The position numbers and the translations under genes were made by a program. A DNA stretch of 64,000 bases. Source: the human T2T-CHM13v2.0 reference genome, Homo sapiens. The stretch is from assembly GCF_009914755.1 (NCBI RefSeq), contig NC_060930.1. One strand, given 5' to 3'. This document shows, one piece after another, positions 28,467-43,508 of the stretch (position 1 is its first letter; every line of letters begins with the position of its first letter). The notes under the pieces are model-generated. The model made no database searches. It saw only the letters and a list, made by a program, of their open reading frames with translations, and had not been told where the DNA came from.

Positions 28467-29673
28467 GTTTACAGTGTCTTAAAATACAAAGTCACATCTT
28501 CTCCTGTGTGCCTACACTATATCCTTCCTATACGGAGTTTTTGTTTGGCAGCAAGAGACTAGCTGGTTCCATACCTGCTAATTATATCATAGTCTTCATT
28601 TGTTGCCAAGTGTTCCCATATGGCCATTTGGTCTGGTAAGTCTTTAATGTTTATTTGAAGCAGTTTTGCATACTGAATTGGTCTTTCACTACCTCTTTCA
28701 TCCATTAGTTCTTAGTTTAGGGCATCTTTATTTTGTTATCCTTATTTTATTTTCCAGATATACCCTCAACCATCTCCTTGATTGCTGTATTTGAATCTTA
28801 GATAAGTCAGATATTATGTTTCCATCCATTTTCCTCCCCATTCCTTACTTTTAAACTTTCTGAAACTTGCAAAATACCTTAACAGCCTTGTGCTATTTTA
28901 CCTCAGATGGCAGCCTACTTTTTCTGTATAGGTTCTACTTATCCCAAAAGATATGCTGGTTCTACAATTCTCTTCCTTATATCATTATCTCGTCTACATA
29001 TTCAGACACTGGAAATCTGCTTATCTTTAAAATTCTTCGTAGAATCTACTTTACTTGGAACTTGGACTGAAGTCACTTATAACTTAAATTTGGCCCAGGA
29101 GTGATTCAAACTGAGCCCCTACAATTGTTAACTATTTGTTTTCCCCAACATTAGCAGCCTGTTTTATGAAGGTTGCTGTAGGTGTTACAGCAGGCCATTA
29201 TGCACATGGATCATGGCCAACACAGTCTATTTATGAGCCAGTTTATCTAACCTCATGGACCCAGCTTTTTTCTGTTCAGTAGTATCCCTTGTCTTGGAGA
29301 TGTTTGGTTAGGATGACATGACTCAGAGAATCTCCTAGGAGGTGGATTCCAAACTAAGACTCATTACTTTATTCACTATTTAGGTATTTTTCTTTGGCGT
29401 AATGAAGATAGCATTGAAATCAGATTCAAGAGGTTTGAATTTTTATTCTGGTTACAAGACTTAACCAAATAAGTTAAACCAGTCTAGACCTAAGTTTCTT
29501 CTACTGAAAAACGAAGAATTTTCTGTAGTTGGCTTCCCAGACTCTACCTCTAACAGTCTAAGACTATATAGTAGATTGTATGTTAGGAGCAATGATATGC
29601 CCAAGTGGTCTGATATTTGGCATATGGAGATGTCATTTCTAGGACCATGACACTTTCATGTGAATTAAAGTCT

Positions 29674-30014
29674 TGCTATAGTTTGAATGCTTGTCTCCTC
29701 CAAGACCCATTTTGAAATTTAATTGCCATTGTAACAGTATTAAGAGGTGGAAAGTTTAAGAGGTGATTAGGCCCAGGAGGACATCACCCGAATGTGTGGG
29801 ATTGGTGCCATTACAGAAGGGCAAATTCATCCTGCTCTTGTTCTCTTTTCCTTTTGCTTTCTGCCTCTGACACAGCAAGACGGCCCTTGCCAGAGGCCAG
29901 CCCCTTGATCTCAGACTTCCCAGCCTCCAGAACTATGAGCCAATAAATGTCTCTTTATTATAAATTATCCAATCTGTGGTATTTTGTTATAGTAGCTCAA
30001 AATGGACTAAGGTA
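29674..30014 (+). mobile_element. MST-family (ERVL-MaLR) solo LTR
   Basis: tgctatagtttgaatg...cccagcctccagaactatgag...aataaa...ggactaaggta. Five-bp TSD agtct at 29669-29673 and 30015-30019. Confidence 0.9.
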
Positions 30015-30215
30015 AGTCTGAAGTTTTAATTGCTTATTTCTTTAATATGTTTCAGTGATGATGAAAATACCTGTTTGTCAGGACCTCAAAGAACTTTGAA
30101 AATTACCATCTTGACTATGCATATGAAGAATTGAAGGCACACAGAAAGGTAGAATTTGCTCAAAATGAGAAAAAAAGTACCAGGTCTCAGAATTAGTTAC
30201 CAAGTTTTATAAATA

Positions 30216-30435
30216 CTGGTTGAGTGTCCCTAATCTGAAAATCTGAAATGCTCCAAAATCTGAAATTTTTGAGAACAGAAATGATGATCAAAGGAAAGGT
30301 TCATTGGAGCATTCAGATTTTCAAATTTTTGGATTAGGGATGCTAAACCAATAAGTAAAATGCAAATATTAAAAAAAAATCTGAAATCCAAACACTTTTG
30401 GTCCCAAGCATTTTGGATAAGTGATACTCAACCTG
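30216..30435. mobile_element. Tigger4a-like MITE
   Basis: TIRs ctggttgagtgtccctaatc / gataagtgatactcaacctg, with TA on both flanks. Confidence 0.9.
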
Positions 30436-31398
30436 TAGCAGTTTCAGTTAGAGCAAAACATTATCATTGGTTCCTCAAAACTATTTCTAATCATAGTTTC
30501 ATGATATTTAGTGTATGCTCTTTCAGGTCAAAAGTTCAAACTAATTTTGATTTTTTATTCTCAAAATGACTTGTAAGAGTAATGACTATCCAAGGCAAAA
30601 GATCTCTCTTTCCTCTGGGTCCTCAGAACGAGCCTTTTTTTTTTTTTAATTTTTAAGTAAAGCAAGCTCTTTATGTAGAAGAAATTGAATTAAATGGTGA
30701 GACACCATTCAGATTTTGGATTTGGTATCTCTGCGGGTAGAAATGAGATGACTGAATTGAGACATAGAATTAAAGTAATTCATTTCAATATTAAATAATA
30801 AAAATGGATAACAGAGTATTTTCCTACTGTGTTTTTCCTATATTAGACACATTTTGCTGGTGGGGGTCAGCATATGTCACACGTGGTAAGTTGTACTCCA
30901 GTGGCACTATTGAACATTCACAGTGAGCGTTACTTCAGTTTTGACTACTTTGCCTGTGATGTTGCCTGTTGATATTCACTTTCTTTTGGTAGCCTTCCCT
31001 CTAGACTTCTGGCTGCTTATTTTGGCTCTCTGAGTCTAGCTTTTGGCCTCTCTTCTTGGTGTCTGCTGCCTGTAGCCTAGGGTAATACCGCATGTAGGAG
31101 GCTTCCAGAAATTGGTGTAGAGGGGGCTCTTTGCACAAGGCAAATTTGGGAGTGTTCTGACTTTGTGAATTTAACTTCAAACAAAGAAAATAGTCTATGA
31201 CTTGGTGGCTTTTGTTGACATGGTGACTTCTAGATACAAAAATCAAGTAGAAAGATGATCTTCTGAATGTCAACTAGCCTGGCTTATGTTTTGGTGCAAT
31301 TCCTGGGTGGAATATCAGGCAGATAAATCTATGGCAAGGCATATATAAGTGACATGCAGAGGATATACAGAAGCCACTTAAAATAATTGTCTTTAGTT

Positions 31399-31689
31399 AC
31401 CAAAAGATAAATACTGTATGATTCCATTTGTATGAGGAACCTAGATTAGTCAGATTCATAAAGACAGAAAGGGTGGTACCCATAAGGGTCTAGGGGTGGG
31501 AGAATGAGGAGTTGTTGTACAATGGGTATGAAATTTCATTTTGTAAGATGAAAAGAGTTCTGGATTTGGATGGTAGTGATCATTGTACAATAATGTGAAT
31601 GTGCTTAATGGCACTCAATTGTACTTTTAAAATTATTAAGATGGTAAATTTTATGTTATGTGTATTTTACCACAATGTAAAAATATGTA
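31399..31689 (+). mobile_element. L1MB 3' end with TSD
   Basis: Ends gtaaattttatgttatgtgtattttaccacaat. TSD aaaata(a/g)ttgtctttagtt at 31380-31398 and 31690-31708. Confidence 0.9.
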
Positions 31690-32155
31690 AAAATAGTTGT
31701 CTTTAGTTTATTTGGTTCATGTGTAGGTGTTTTCTGCACTCATCAAAATCCAAGGTATTTGTTGATTTGCATTATTAATTTGGTGACATACCCTCATAGG
31801 AAATATATCTGCTGATAGTTGAAATTATTAGGGAAGGAAGAGGTCAAGATGGTTACTGAGAGGGCTTCCATTTCAGCTCCAAGATTTACTTTAGTATTCC
31901 CCCAAGCCATAGCAAAAATTGATTACTAATTCCACACTTGCAGCACGTAGAGCTTTGTTCTTTTCCTCTTTTTAATTTGAAAAATTAGAATAGCTGGAGA
32001 GATGGTGGCAATTTCATACTTCACTCAGCTTCACTCAGAATGTTCAACTTCAACATTTCCTAACTATAAGATGGATATACAACCCATTTGCCCAGTTCTA
32101 AGAGTTTGATATGTAGATAGCTAGTTTATTAAGCTTTTTAAAAACACAGAGAACA

Positions 32156-32290
32156 GGCCAGGTATGGTGGCTCATGCCCATAATCCCAGCACTTTAGGAG
32201 GCCAAGGTGGGAGAATTGCTTAAGCCCAGGACTTCAAGACCAAACTGGGCAACACGGCGAGACTCCATCTCTACGAAAACAACAACAACA
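32156..32290 (+). mobile_element. Alu left monomer (FLAM_C-like)
   Basis: Single left arm followed by an (AAC)n/(AC)n tail. Confidence 0.85.
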
Positions 32291-33324
32291 CACACACAGA
32301 ACAGAAATCGCAAGTCAACTGGTTTTTCTAAAATGCAGGCATATTTGGGCATTTCTACAGGACTCACAAAGCAGAATGTGTATCTATTTATATGAAGGAC
32401 CTGGAAAAGAATTTATCTCAGTAGAAAAATTAGAGGCTCACGTGTTTGGTCCAGAATGTTGGGGTTTGAGAAGGTTGACACATGATAGCCTCTTTCCCCC
32501 CATCTGAATGCTAACCCAAGTGATAAGGTGGAATAAAGGAGATAGAGGGAAAAAAATCCAGTTTTATTACAGTGCTGGAAAGCATGGCTTAGGAGGGGCA
32601 ATGGAGGCTTCCATCTTGAATCTCAGAATAGATAACCTCACCCCCAATCACAGGCAATGCCATAGGCTCCCGCTGCAGGGACAGAGTGTGCCATTGAGCT
32701 TTGGCATGTGGAGAATACACCAGAGCTTGAGTCCTGTATGGGCAGGAGCTGAGCTGCTCATGCCCAGTATTTGCTTCCAAATTTGTCAACGAGATAAAGC
32801 AACTCTCTTTCTTAGAGAAGAGTGAGGGAGCTGGAGAGTTTCCAAGAGTGTCCTCTCCCTGTTGTTTCTTCGCGTGAGAGAATGAAGCCCGGGCTCTGGA
32901 GCCTTCCCTCTTCCAACCCTCACCCCACTGCGGCACAGCTTGCTCGTCAATATCTTAGGAGATGTGTTCCTGAGTGGAGCCCAGTGCTATCATTCTGTCC
33001 AGTTTCTGTGGAACAGACTACATTTAGAGTGATGAAAAGCTAAAAGAGGAAGAAGAGAAATGCTGGGTTATTGAGAGCACAAGGCCTCACCAGCACTGGC
33101 TTTTGCAGCTTAGGCAGGAACTGGAGATGATGCTCCGAATCTACATCTATGCTCTCACCTTTGGGTGGCAGCAGCCTTCATGGTAACGTCAGCAGGCATC
33201 AGCAGCAGCACTGACAGCTTGGAAATAACAAAAACAACAATAATGATAAAAGCCAATATTAATAAGCATTTATTGTGTGCCAGGAATTCTGTTAAACAAT
33301 TCACATGCATTAAATCATCCCTTT

Positions 33325-34085
33325 AAATGTTCTTATTATGAAAATTTGCATATTGAAAAGTAAAGTGTCTGAATAAGAATTACCCACGGATTCATCATCC
33401 ACATCCAATAATTATATACGTTTTGCTGTATTTGAGTAGGTTTTTGGTGGAAGTATTTTAAACTAAGTAACAGATACGATGACAGTTCACTCCTAAATAT
33501 TTCAATATACACCTCTGAAAAATAAGGACACTTACTACATAATCATACCATCATTATCACCCTTGTCAAAATTAGCAACAGCTCTCCAATATCATCTAAT
33601 ATTCAGCTATATTCAAATCTTCCCAATTCCCCACCACGAATGTCTTTTATAGCTCATTTGCTTTAACCAGAATCAAATTAAATGTCGCATTTGATTATGA
33701 TGTCTCTTAACTATCTTTTAATATAGAAAAGTCCTCCTTCCTTTCTTTTTAAAATAGTACAATATAGCCTTTTTTTTTTCAAAGAATGAATCATCACATT
33801 GGCTTTTGAAGGGACCAGAACTGTTGTCCTTTGTAACGTTCCTCCTTCTGTATTTGTCTCATTGTTTCCTTGTGGTGTCATTTAACCCATTCCTCTATCT
33901 CTTGTATTTAAAGTCTCAATTAGATTCAAGTAAAACATTTTAGCAAGAATCCTTCATATGCGTTGCTGTATGTGTTAAGTAGCATCACGCTGGGAGAAGT
34001 ATCTACTTTCTGGTTGTCTCACCATTAATGACACTGACATTGATCATGATCTTAAGGTGGTGACAGCCTGACCTCCCACTGTGGC
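33325..34085 (-). mobile_element. L1MC5-like 3' region
   Basis: cactcctaaatatttcaatatacacctctgaaaaataaggaca...aatatcatctaatattcag signature. Confidence 0.75.
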
Positions 34086-35060
34086 ATTAGATCATCCAAG
34101 CCTCAGTGCTGTGGCTATCATGCACATTTGACTGGGATTAGGACTGCAGCATCTGACCCCAGATTCTTAGGCACTTTCTTCTCCTGACTCCTGTTAGCAG
34201 TGTCTTTAATCCATGTCAGAACCATGGCTGACCTTTGATGAGTGATACATTTCACCACCGTGAGCCGGTACAAGAAAAGAGGATAATGACAGAGAACTGT
34301 TCTGGGTATTCTCAGAATCATTAGCTATAAATTTATGAGAACAGAGTCAGATTTTTTTTTTTTTTGGTAAACTGGTATTATAAATAAAAATGTTCTCTGT
34401 TTACATTTTCACTCTTAGGCTATTTTGGCCTGCAAAAAAATATGGTTACACAAAACCAAGCGGGTTAGTAGCCACATTCCTACCCTAGTGAGGCAGATGT
34501 GGGAGTGAGTAGCTGCTGCTGGTGAAAGACTTGCAAAGTGTCAGGTGGGTCAGAAAAACCAGATGTCAACACACCCACTGTGCACATTCTTTTTTCTCTT
34601 AATCATATATATACTGCCTTGGATCGTTTGTTCTTGGTTTTTTTTTTTTTTTTTTTTTTTTTTTTGTATGCCTAGTGTTATTTCCCTGCATGATTGTAAA
34701 CCCTCTGAAGGCAGGCTCGGTTTTTGTCTTTTAGAAACAATGTTTATGTGGGAAGATAAATATATACAACTACCCCTATTCAAGACTACTTAGGGAAAAT
34801 TGATTATATTTATCACGTGACCATGAGCCAAGGAGTCAATCTTTGAGCTCTTTCCTCCTCAGTTAGTGTTCAGCACTGGTCTGCACTGTGTGGTGGAAAG
34901 TCCGTAACAACTTGAACTGACAGCAAAAATGCCTGCAGGCTCACATACATGGGCTATGAGTAGAACACAAAACAAATACTTTTGCTCTGTCTTGGTTCTT
35001 GGTTCTTAGGGTAGCTTTGACATACAGAAAGTTTTAGAAACAAGGAAACAGGAACTTCTT

Positions 35061-35355
35061 CTTCTTCTTTTTTTGAGACAGAGTCTCGCTCTCTTGCCCA
35101 GGCTGGAGTGCAGTGGCGCGATCTCGGCTCACTGAAAGCTCTGCCTCCCGGGTTCACGCCATTCTCCTGCCTCAGCCTCCTGAGTAGCTGGGACTACAGG
35201 TGCCCGCCACCATACCTGGCTAATTTTTGTATTTTTAGTAGAGACGGGGTTTCACCGTGTTAGCCAGGATGGTCTTGATCTCCTGACTTCGTCATCCGCC
35301 CGCCTCGGCCTCCCAAAATGCTGGGATTACAGGTGTGAGCCACCGCGCCCCAGCC
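35061..35355 (-). mobile_element. AluY with 17-bp TSD
   Basis: Y-diagnostic gggttcacgccattctc and gtgttagccaggatgg. TSD ggaaacaggaacttctt at 35044-35060 and 35356-35372. Confidence 0.95.
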
Positions 35356-35442
35356 GGAAACAGGAACTTCTTAATTAAGCATGTTAGAAATGTAAAAACA
35401 CGTATAAAAATAAAAATGCTTATATCTAAGTGTGTGTGTATA

Positions 35443-35585
35443 GGCTGGGTGCTCACGCCTGTAATCCCAGAGCTTTGGGAGGCAGACACAGGAGGACTGC
35501 TTGAGCCCAGGAGTTGGAGGCTGCAGTAGGCTGTGATCCTGCCACTGTACTGCAGCCTGAGTGACAGAGTGAGACCTGTCTCTTA
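35443..35585 (+). mobile_element. Alu monomer (FRAM-like) followed by (CA)n(TA)n
   Basis: Single arm ending gagtgagacctgtctc. Confidence 0.85.
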
Positions 35586-38445
35586 GAAGCACACACACAC
35601 ACACATATATATGTATATATATAATGTATTTGTAAACACACAAACACACACATTCTAGAGAGAGTGACTAAATTTTCAGAGTATTCTCATTAGAATTTGA
35701 TTAATTACATCAACTCATTTGAAATTTCCCCTTTGTATTTCTAATGATCTCTCTATGTGTATTTGTTTTGTCTGTCCAGTTTGGACTGTAAGCTCCTTGC
35801 AGACAGCCCTGTTGTTTTATACATTTTACTCAACACAATACTGTGGGCATAATTTGTGCTCAAGGAACACTTATGACAGAATCACAATAAAGGCCCCACA
35901 TTAACTATTCTGAGGATGCCAGAGTCTGGTCGGCATTTTACTGTTTCAGATGGTATTTGACTTCCACATAAGATTAAGCCTGCATAGTTCTTTTATTACT
36001 CTGTATTTTGGTCACCCGTTACTATTCTACACCTCCAAGCATTTTCTGCTAAAGAAGCTGACTGAGCAAACCCATGAAGATATTTTTCATTTCCTTTGAT
36101 GGAGCATAATGCTTTCGTATATAAACACAATAACACAGTCATTACATATGCACTTACATTATTGTAGCGGCTGTGTGCTCAGCAACACTCGCAGCCAGGC
36201 AGGGAGCCCAATAGTTCTCTTTTCCATTCTGATCTAAATTATGGTCATAATAAAAGAGTTTTCAATCAAGGTAAATACAATTGCGTCCTAGCATAACATC
36301 TATATTCCTGCTCTCTCTCTCTTTTTTTCAAAAAAATTCTTTCCTTTTATTCTAGGTCACTCACCCTGATACGCATGAGATTGTCCTCTGGTGCGGATAA
36401 CAGCCTTGCTCCTCAATGAACTATAACAACGGCTGTAAATGCATCTCCTGTAACATACCTCTGTGATTTGCAAAAGTGGGAATAAATCAATGCAGGGAAG
36501 AGATGCCACGTTAACCCAGAAGCTAAATGTTACATCATGTAGTGCGAGGCTGGGGAAGAGAGAGCCTGCTTTTTCCTGGCAGTACAATATCTTTGCGCTC
36601 GTTGCCTCCGCCACAGCCCCATTAAAACAATCATTCTGAATCTGCGGGAAATTGCCACCTCTTTCTTTCCTGCCATGGCAGCTGGTATTGGAGGCTGCAG
36701 ACATTGCTCATTCCCTTCAAGGTTCTTAGCACACACGCAAAACAGAAAATGAAGCTTAATTTATTAAAAAAAAAAAAAAGTGTCAGCGTACCCTCAGGCT
36801 CAGCGCAGGCACCAGGGAGAAAAGAAAAGATAAATGCCTCTAGGTGAACTGGCACCGACTCTAATTCTCCACTCACTCTGCTGCTCCACTGTATGTATCG
36901 CATTAATCATGCTGGATGGGTAGACGTTTCAAAAACTTAAGCAATTTTAAAACAAAGATGCACCATTTTACAAATACAATAACATAACTTTATTTTGTGA
37001 TTCTTTCTTTGTACCAACAGTGAATCTGAAAAATGTGCTGCAGATGGTAGTACAAATAATTAATGCCTGGGTTGGGGACGGGAGGGAGAAGCATGAGGAA
37101 ACAGACAAGTGTGGGCAGAAGAGGGGCCATGGCTGCCTTCTCCTTTCTCCTCTTGTGATCTTCCCCAGATCCTGGGTCACCTTTGATGACCTGGGTGATG
37201 TCCCTGGGCTCCTGCTTCTGAGAACTGAGCCCTGCTTTGGTTCTGACTACCTTGTTCTCCTGTGAGTTTAGGAATCTCTAGTCCCGACACCCAGGCCTGT
37301 GACTGGCGCCCTGTCTCCTGTGTTTCATCTTCCTGATAATGACACTAGCCATCTTCAGTCCAACGTGCTGTCCGCATGGGGTATCCACTATCCTGCCCTT
37401 CCCTTTCCTGGGAAGGGCCTAGCTCCTCCAGGAAGTCTTAGTGTCCACTGTGGCTTGGCCCATGACTCTTCCTTGGGCACTACACTCTCGCTGCATGCCC
37501 GGCTGCTTTTGCACCCCAGACTGGGCCTGCCTCCCTGCCCCATACTGCTGTAGTTTGGGAGGTTTGTGGCAGACTGCTTCTCGTGTTTTCTGACTGCGTT
37601 TCTGTCATCCTCTGACCTTCACTCTCAAGTTGGAAGGAAATAAATGAGGAGAAGTGGAGTGTAGGTTCCAGGAACTCAAGACAGTGGGACTGTGGCAAAG
37701 ACAACTGGCACTCGATGGACATTTTAGTGGATTGGAGTATCTTGGTGCAAAGTCCTAAAAATCTGAATCCTCAAACGATTGAGACAAGTGTGTGTGTGTG
37801 CTGTGGGAGAGGCTAAGAGAGCCCAGGTCTCTTTCACTACAGGTTTCTGGGAAGTTTCTAGACATCTGTTGTTGAGAGAATAGCCAGGCTTTCCTTGTCA
37901 CAGATAAAATGATGAATTGGACATGCTCTCCTTGGTTCTTGAAAACCAAATGTCCAAACTTTCACCTTTAATTTGTAAAACAGGAGTACAGAGCCTCAGC
38001 AAGGATGAGCTTGGGAAACACCATCTACTGAAGAAAACCCATGTCCCAATAATTTGGGCAATCATCCCTTGCCTAACAGAGCAAAAATCTACCAAGAATA
38101 TTTTAGTTATTATGAGATATATCAGGTGTATACAGAATTACAGCTTATGTAATAAAAATTTAAAAAGCAATTTGAGAAATAAATATTACTGAGACTATTG
38201 AAGCCCTCTTTTATTCTATCTGTTCCCATTCTCTCTTCCCTCTCATCAGAAACAGTGTTCTGAATCTGGGGCTTATAATTTATTTTCTGTACAATTCTTT
38301 AAACCTATAATATGCATGTGGTTATATGTGTGTATGTTTGTGTATAAGGAATACTGTTTTGTAGGATTTGCAATCTTGTTTAGTGGTTCCACTCAACGTG
38401 TATTCTTCTACAATTTTTTCTTTTTCTCAATATGATTCTAAATTC

Positions 38446-38648
38446 TGGGATCAGTAGACCGGCACGTGGGCCAAATCCAGCTGATTGTTTGATTTTATAC
38501 ACCCCTCGAGCTAAGAATGGTTTACATTTTTAAAGAATTAAATGATAAAGAAAATCAAAGAAGTAGACATGGCAGAGGCCATATGTGGCCAGAACAACCT
38601 AAAATATTTATGATCTGCCCCTTTATGGAAAAAGTTTAATGGCTCCTT
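38446..38648. mobile_element. MER58-family MITE within L1ME fragments (about 38200-38820, minus)
   Basis: gggccaaatccagc...gagctaagaatggtttacattttt...cctaaaatatttat...ccctttatggaaaaagttt. Confidence 0.75.
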
Positions 38649-38820
38649 TTTGTTAGTTCTGTTGGGTTATTCTTACCTCTTGATTCTTCTATATAGACAT
38701 TGAAAAAATTAGCCTGTCAAGTTTCATGGAAAGCCTCGTTTTGATTTTGTTGAAATCACTTTGAATTTATAGATCATTTTGAAGAGAACTGACATATATA
38801 TGGCATTGGACCTTTTGATA

Positions 38821-39353
38821 TGTATTAGTTATCTGTTGCTGCTTAACAAATTACCAAAAATGTGTCAGCTTGAAACAATACAAATTTATTACATTATATC
38901 TATTTATTTTAGGTCAGTCTCCAACATGAATCTTACTAGACTAAAATAAAAATGTTTGCAGGACCGCAGGCCTTTTGGGAGCCTCTAGGGCAGGATGCAT
39001 TCCCTTGCCCTTCCCAGCTTCTAGGGGCTGCCCATGTTCCTTGGCTTACAGCATCTTTTACCTTCAAAGCCATTGAAACTATCACTCCAAACTTTGCTTC
39101 TGTTATCACATCTCCTCTGACTCTGTCGGACTCTTCTGCCTCTCTCTTTCATTTTTTAAGATCCTGGTGATAACATTGAGCCCAGACAGATAATCTAGGA
39201 TAATCTTTCCATTTCAATGCAACCATCTCAAAGCAGCCATAATTTCATCTGAAACCTTAATTCTCCTTTGCCATATAATCTCACATGTCACAGGTTCTAG
39301 GGATTAGGATGTGGGCATTTTGGTTGGAGGAGAGGGATTAGTCTACCTACCAG
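38821..39353 (-). mobile_element. MLT1-family MaLR LTR
   Basis: tgtattagttatctgttgctgcttaacaaattacc...cacaggttctagggattaggatgtgg...ctacctacca. Confidence 0.85.
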
Positions 39354-39359
39354 AAGCCT

Positions 39360-39990
39360 ATCTAGTGAGTTTTTTCTTTCAGTTAGTATATTTTTAAATT
39401 TCAAAACTTGCATTTGGTTCTTTTTATATCTTTTATTTCCTTGCTAAGACTATTTTTTCATTTGTTTCACGAGTGATTTTAATTGCATGTTGGAATGTTT
39501 TTATGATAGCTGCTTTAAAATTTCTTGTTAGATAATTCCAACATTTGTGTCATCTTGGTGTTGGCATCTGTTGATTTTTCTCATTTGGGTTGAGTTTTCC
39601 TAGTTCTTCGTATGACAAAAATTTTGGATTGTATCCTGTACATTTTGAGGATAATGTTATGACACTCTGGTTCTTATTTAGATCTTCTATTTTAGTTGGC
39701 AGTTAGCAGGTTTAGGTTCAGAAACACACATCCTGGCCCACTTTGGTGGTTTGTGGTTCAAATATCAACTTAGTTTTCAAAGGCGTTGCCATGCTATTTT
39801 GGTATGCCCCACTTATGTGTAATCCAGAAGCCAATCTAAAACCTGGGCAGTATTCCTCACCAGGGTTCAATTCTCAGCTCACTGGCTGTGTTGATTCTGG
39901 TTGGTTTCACACACTGGCCTCTTGGGAAACCATCCAAGATTTCATGCACAGATTTAAGAACTCTTTCCTTCAGCTCCCTTCTGTCTGTGA
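39360..39990 (-). mobile_element. Old L1M (L1MC-like) 5'/ORF1 fragment
   Basis: T-rich tttttatgatagctgctttaaaat...gataattccaacatttgtgtcatcttgg. Confidence 0.6.
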
Positions 39991-41024
39991 TTCCCCCATC
40001 CCCAACACACACTCTCTAGCCTCTGCTAGATACTTACTAAGTGCAGGGCAGGAATGATTGACAGGTCTCCCCCTTACACTCTCGGATTGGGGTTGGAGGC
40101 AGGGTGTGGGAATTGGGGTGAAGGTGAAGGACTAATACTTCTGTCATATTTCATGTTAGCACAGGGCAAATATGGTTGATTAATAGAGTTTCTTTTTTTG
40201 GTAAAAGTTTCAAATATTTTGTTAGAATTATTTATTGGCACCTTGTACTGTTTGATGCTGTTCTTATACTTCCAAACATTTTTAAAAAGTAAGTTTGACT
40301 TTTGAGGTAAGTTGATTGGAGATTTGAAGAGCATGGCACAAGATTATGATACGAATATGTCATGATGATGTTCCTTTCCTTAGGGGATTACTTAATTGAA
40401 TCACCAAATGGAGATTGGGTCATGATTGAGCTGTTGTCTTTAAGACCAATCAGGAATTTTTATTTTTAATTACTTATTTATTTATATTTTTAAGGAATTT
40501 TTATAATAATTTGAAGGTGTTTGGAATTGATAAAGGATTCTTAAAACAGTTTTTCTTCTTTTCAGCATCTGAGACGATCCTGGGAGAAAGTAACTTAGAG
40601 GGCTGCAGATATTCTTATAAAAATTAATAGGAAAAACAATTTAAAAATTGAAGAAAAAAAGAGAAGAGAAAAAAATCCCAACATGACAATAGCTAGTAGA
40701 TGTATAAGAAGACACTTTAAATCATTTGGTAATGAGGTCACTTATGTTGATAGAAACATGTTCCACTTCATTTACCAACCAGGGAATGACTGGTTGATGA
40801 AGCATGGTGAGCAGGGCTTTATTCTTGACAGTAGCATGCAGGACCTTTGCCTGTAAGTTTGTATAGTTTGCATAAAGTGGGATTAGGCTTAAGCAATAGT
40901 ATTAACTTGGAAATTTGCATTGTACATATTGGAGGCCACAAAAGTACAATTTATACTTTTCTGAAAGGTTTATAGGAAAAGATGAAACAAGTAAGATTAT
41001 AAAACAGTGGTTTTGGGATAGGGT

Positions 41025-41655
41025 TTGGAGTGAGTGATGAAGGAAAGAGGAACCAAAGATGATTCAGAGGTTTTTAGTGATTTTAGCTTAGGCATTTTGG
41101 TAGATGATGGTGCCATTCACTAAAATAAGAAAAGCTGGAGGAAGAACAGCATTATGAAGAGAAAAAATAAAGAATTTGGTTTTGGATATGTTACATTTGA
41201 GATGCTTATTATATTTCTAATGATGGAGTAGGCAGTTGGATATATCAGACTGGAATCCAGGGGAGAAGTCTACACTAGAGTTTAAATTTTGGGCCTCATC
41301 AGCAAACGGATGGTGTTTGAAGCCACAGGATTGTGTAATATTAGTCAAGGGAGGAGAATAGACAGAAAAAGAGCAGAGGGACTATGACCAATTCAAAGAC
41401 ATGCCAACATTGTGAAATTGGATAGAGGAGTCTGAGACAAAAACAAAGAGATTGTTTTGACAGAAGTCAAAAGAAGGAAGTGTTTCAAGACAGAAAAATT
41501 GGTCATCCATTTCAGTTGCTGCCAAAAATAAAACGAAGTTGAATTTCACACCACGGAGGTTATGGTGAGCCTTGAAAATAGTTATAGTTGTAGAGATAAT
41601 CCAGTTGAGTGTAGTAAGAGAGAATGTTGTGGACATTCAACTCTGGACAGTTATT
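41025..41655 (-). mobile_element. L2
   Basis: gatggtgccattcactaaaataag...ttttggatatgttacatttgagatgc...aggcagttggatata. Confidence 0.8.
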
Positions 41656-42621
41656 GCTCTACACACGTGCACACACACACACACACACATCCACCAATAG
41701 ACAAGATAAAGGAAAAATGTAATCTAATACATTCAAAAACTTGTGCTCAAGAGAAGGAACAGAGGATTCTGGAAGAGAATGGAGAGCAGCTACATGGTTT
41801 GGCTTCTACCTCATTTACTTCTCTGAAGCCCCACAGGTGGTCAAAAAGTCCCAAGAAATTTCATTAAAACTCTTGCTTGTGGAATGTAAAGAGAAGATAT
41901 AATGTTGGGAAAGTATGAATTAAATGGATGAATAAAGAAAAAAAAATCAAGAGAGCCAACTTTCTCTGTTGAAAGAGAAGAATCCAAAATTCACACTCAG
42001 TTGGGGAAAGGGTTCAAAGCTTGGGAATATCTCATTGTGGAAATACATTATATCCTCTCTCCTCTACTCCATTAGTTGGAATGAACTCAGATACAGGACA
42101 GTCCATGTCATCTCAGAAGATAGAAAGGAACCGAAAAATTGAACGTATCTCCACACCACTCAGGCTGAGCTTCTGTGCTCTTCTGCACAACACTCCATGC
42201 CAGCTGCTGTTCTCTCAGACTACAAAAAAGCGGATAAAAACTGAAATTCCTGGCTTTAGAAGAGAAAACATGGTTCACAAAAACCTGTACATGAGTGTTT
42301 ATAAAAGCATTATTCATAATGGCCCCAAAGTGGAAACAACTCAATGTTCATCAATTGATGAATGAATTAATACAGTGCAGCATAACCATACAATGAAATA
42401 TATTAGTTTGGCAAAAATAATGAAGTACTAATACTTGCTATAACATGGATGATTATTGAAAACATTATGCTAGGTGGAAGAAGCCAAACACAAAAGACCA
42501 CTTATTGTATGTTTTCATTTACATAAAAATGTCCAGAATAGTTAAATCCATAGAGACAGAAAGAAGGCTAGTGGTTGCCTAGGGCGGGCAGCAGTTGAGG
42601 AGAAATGAAGACTGACTGCTA

Positions 42622-43508
<887 letters not shown>

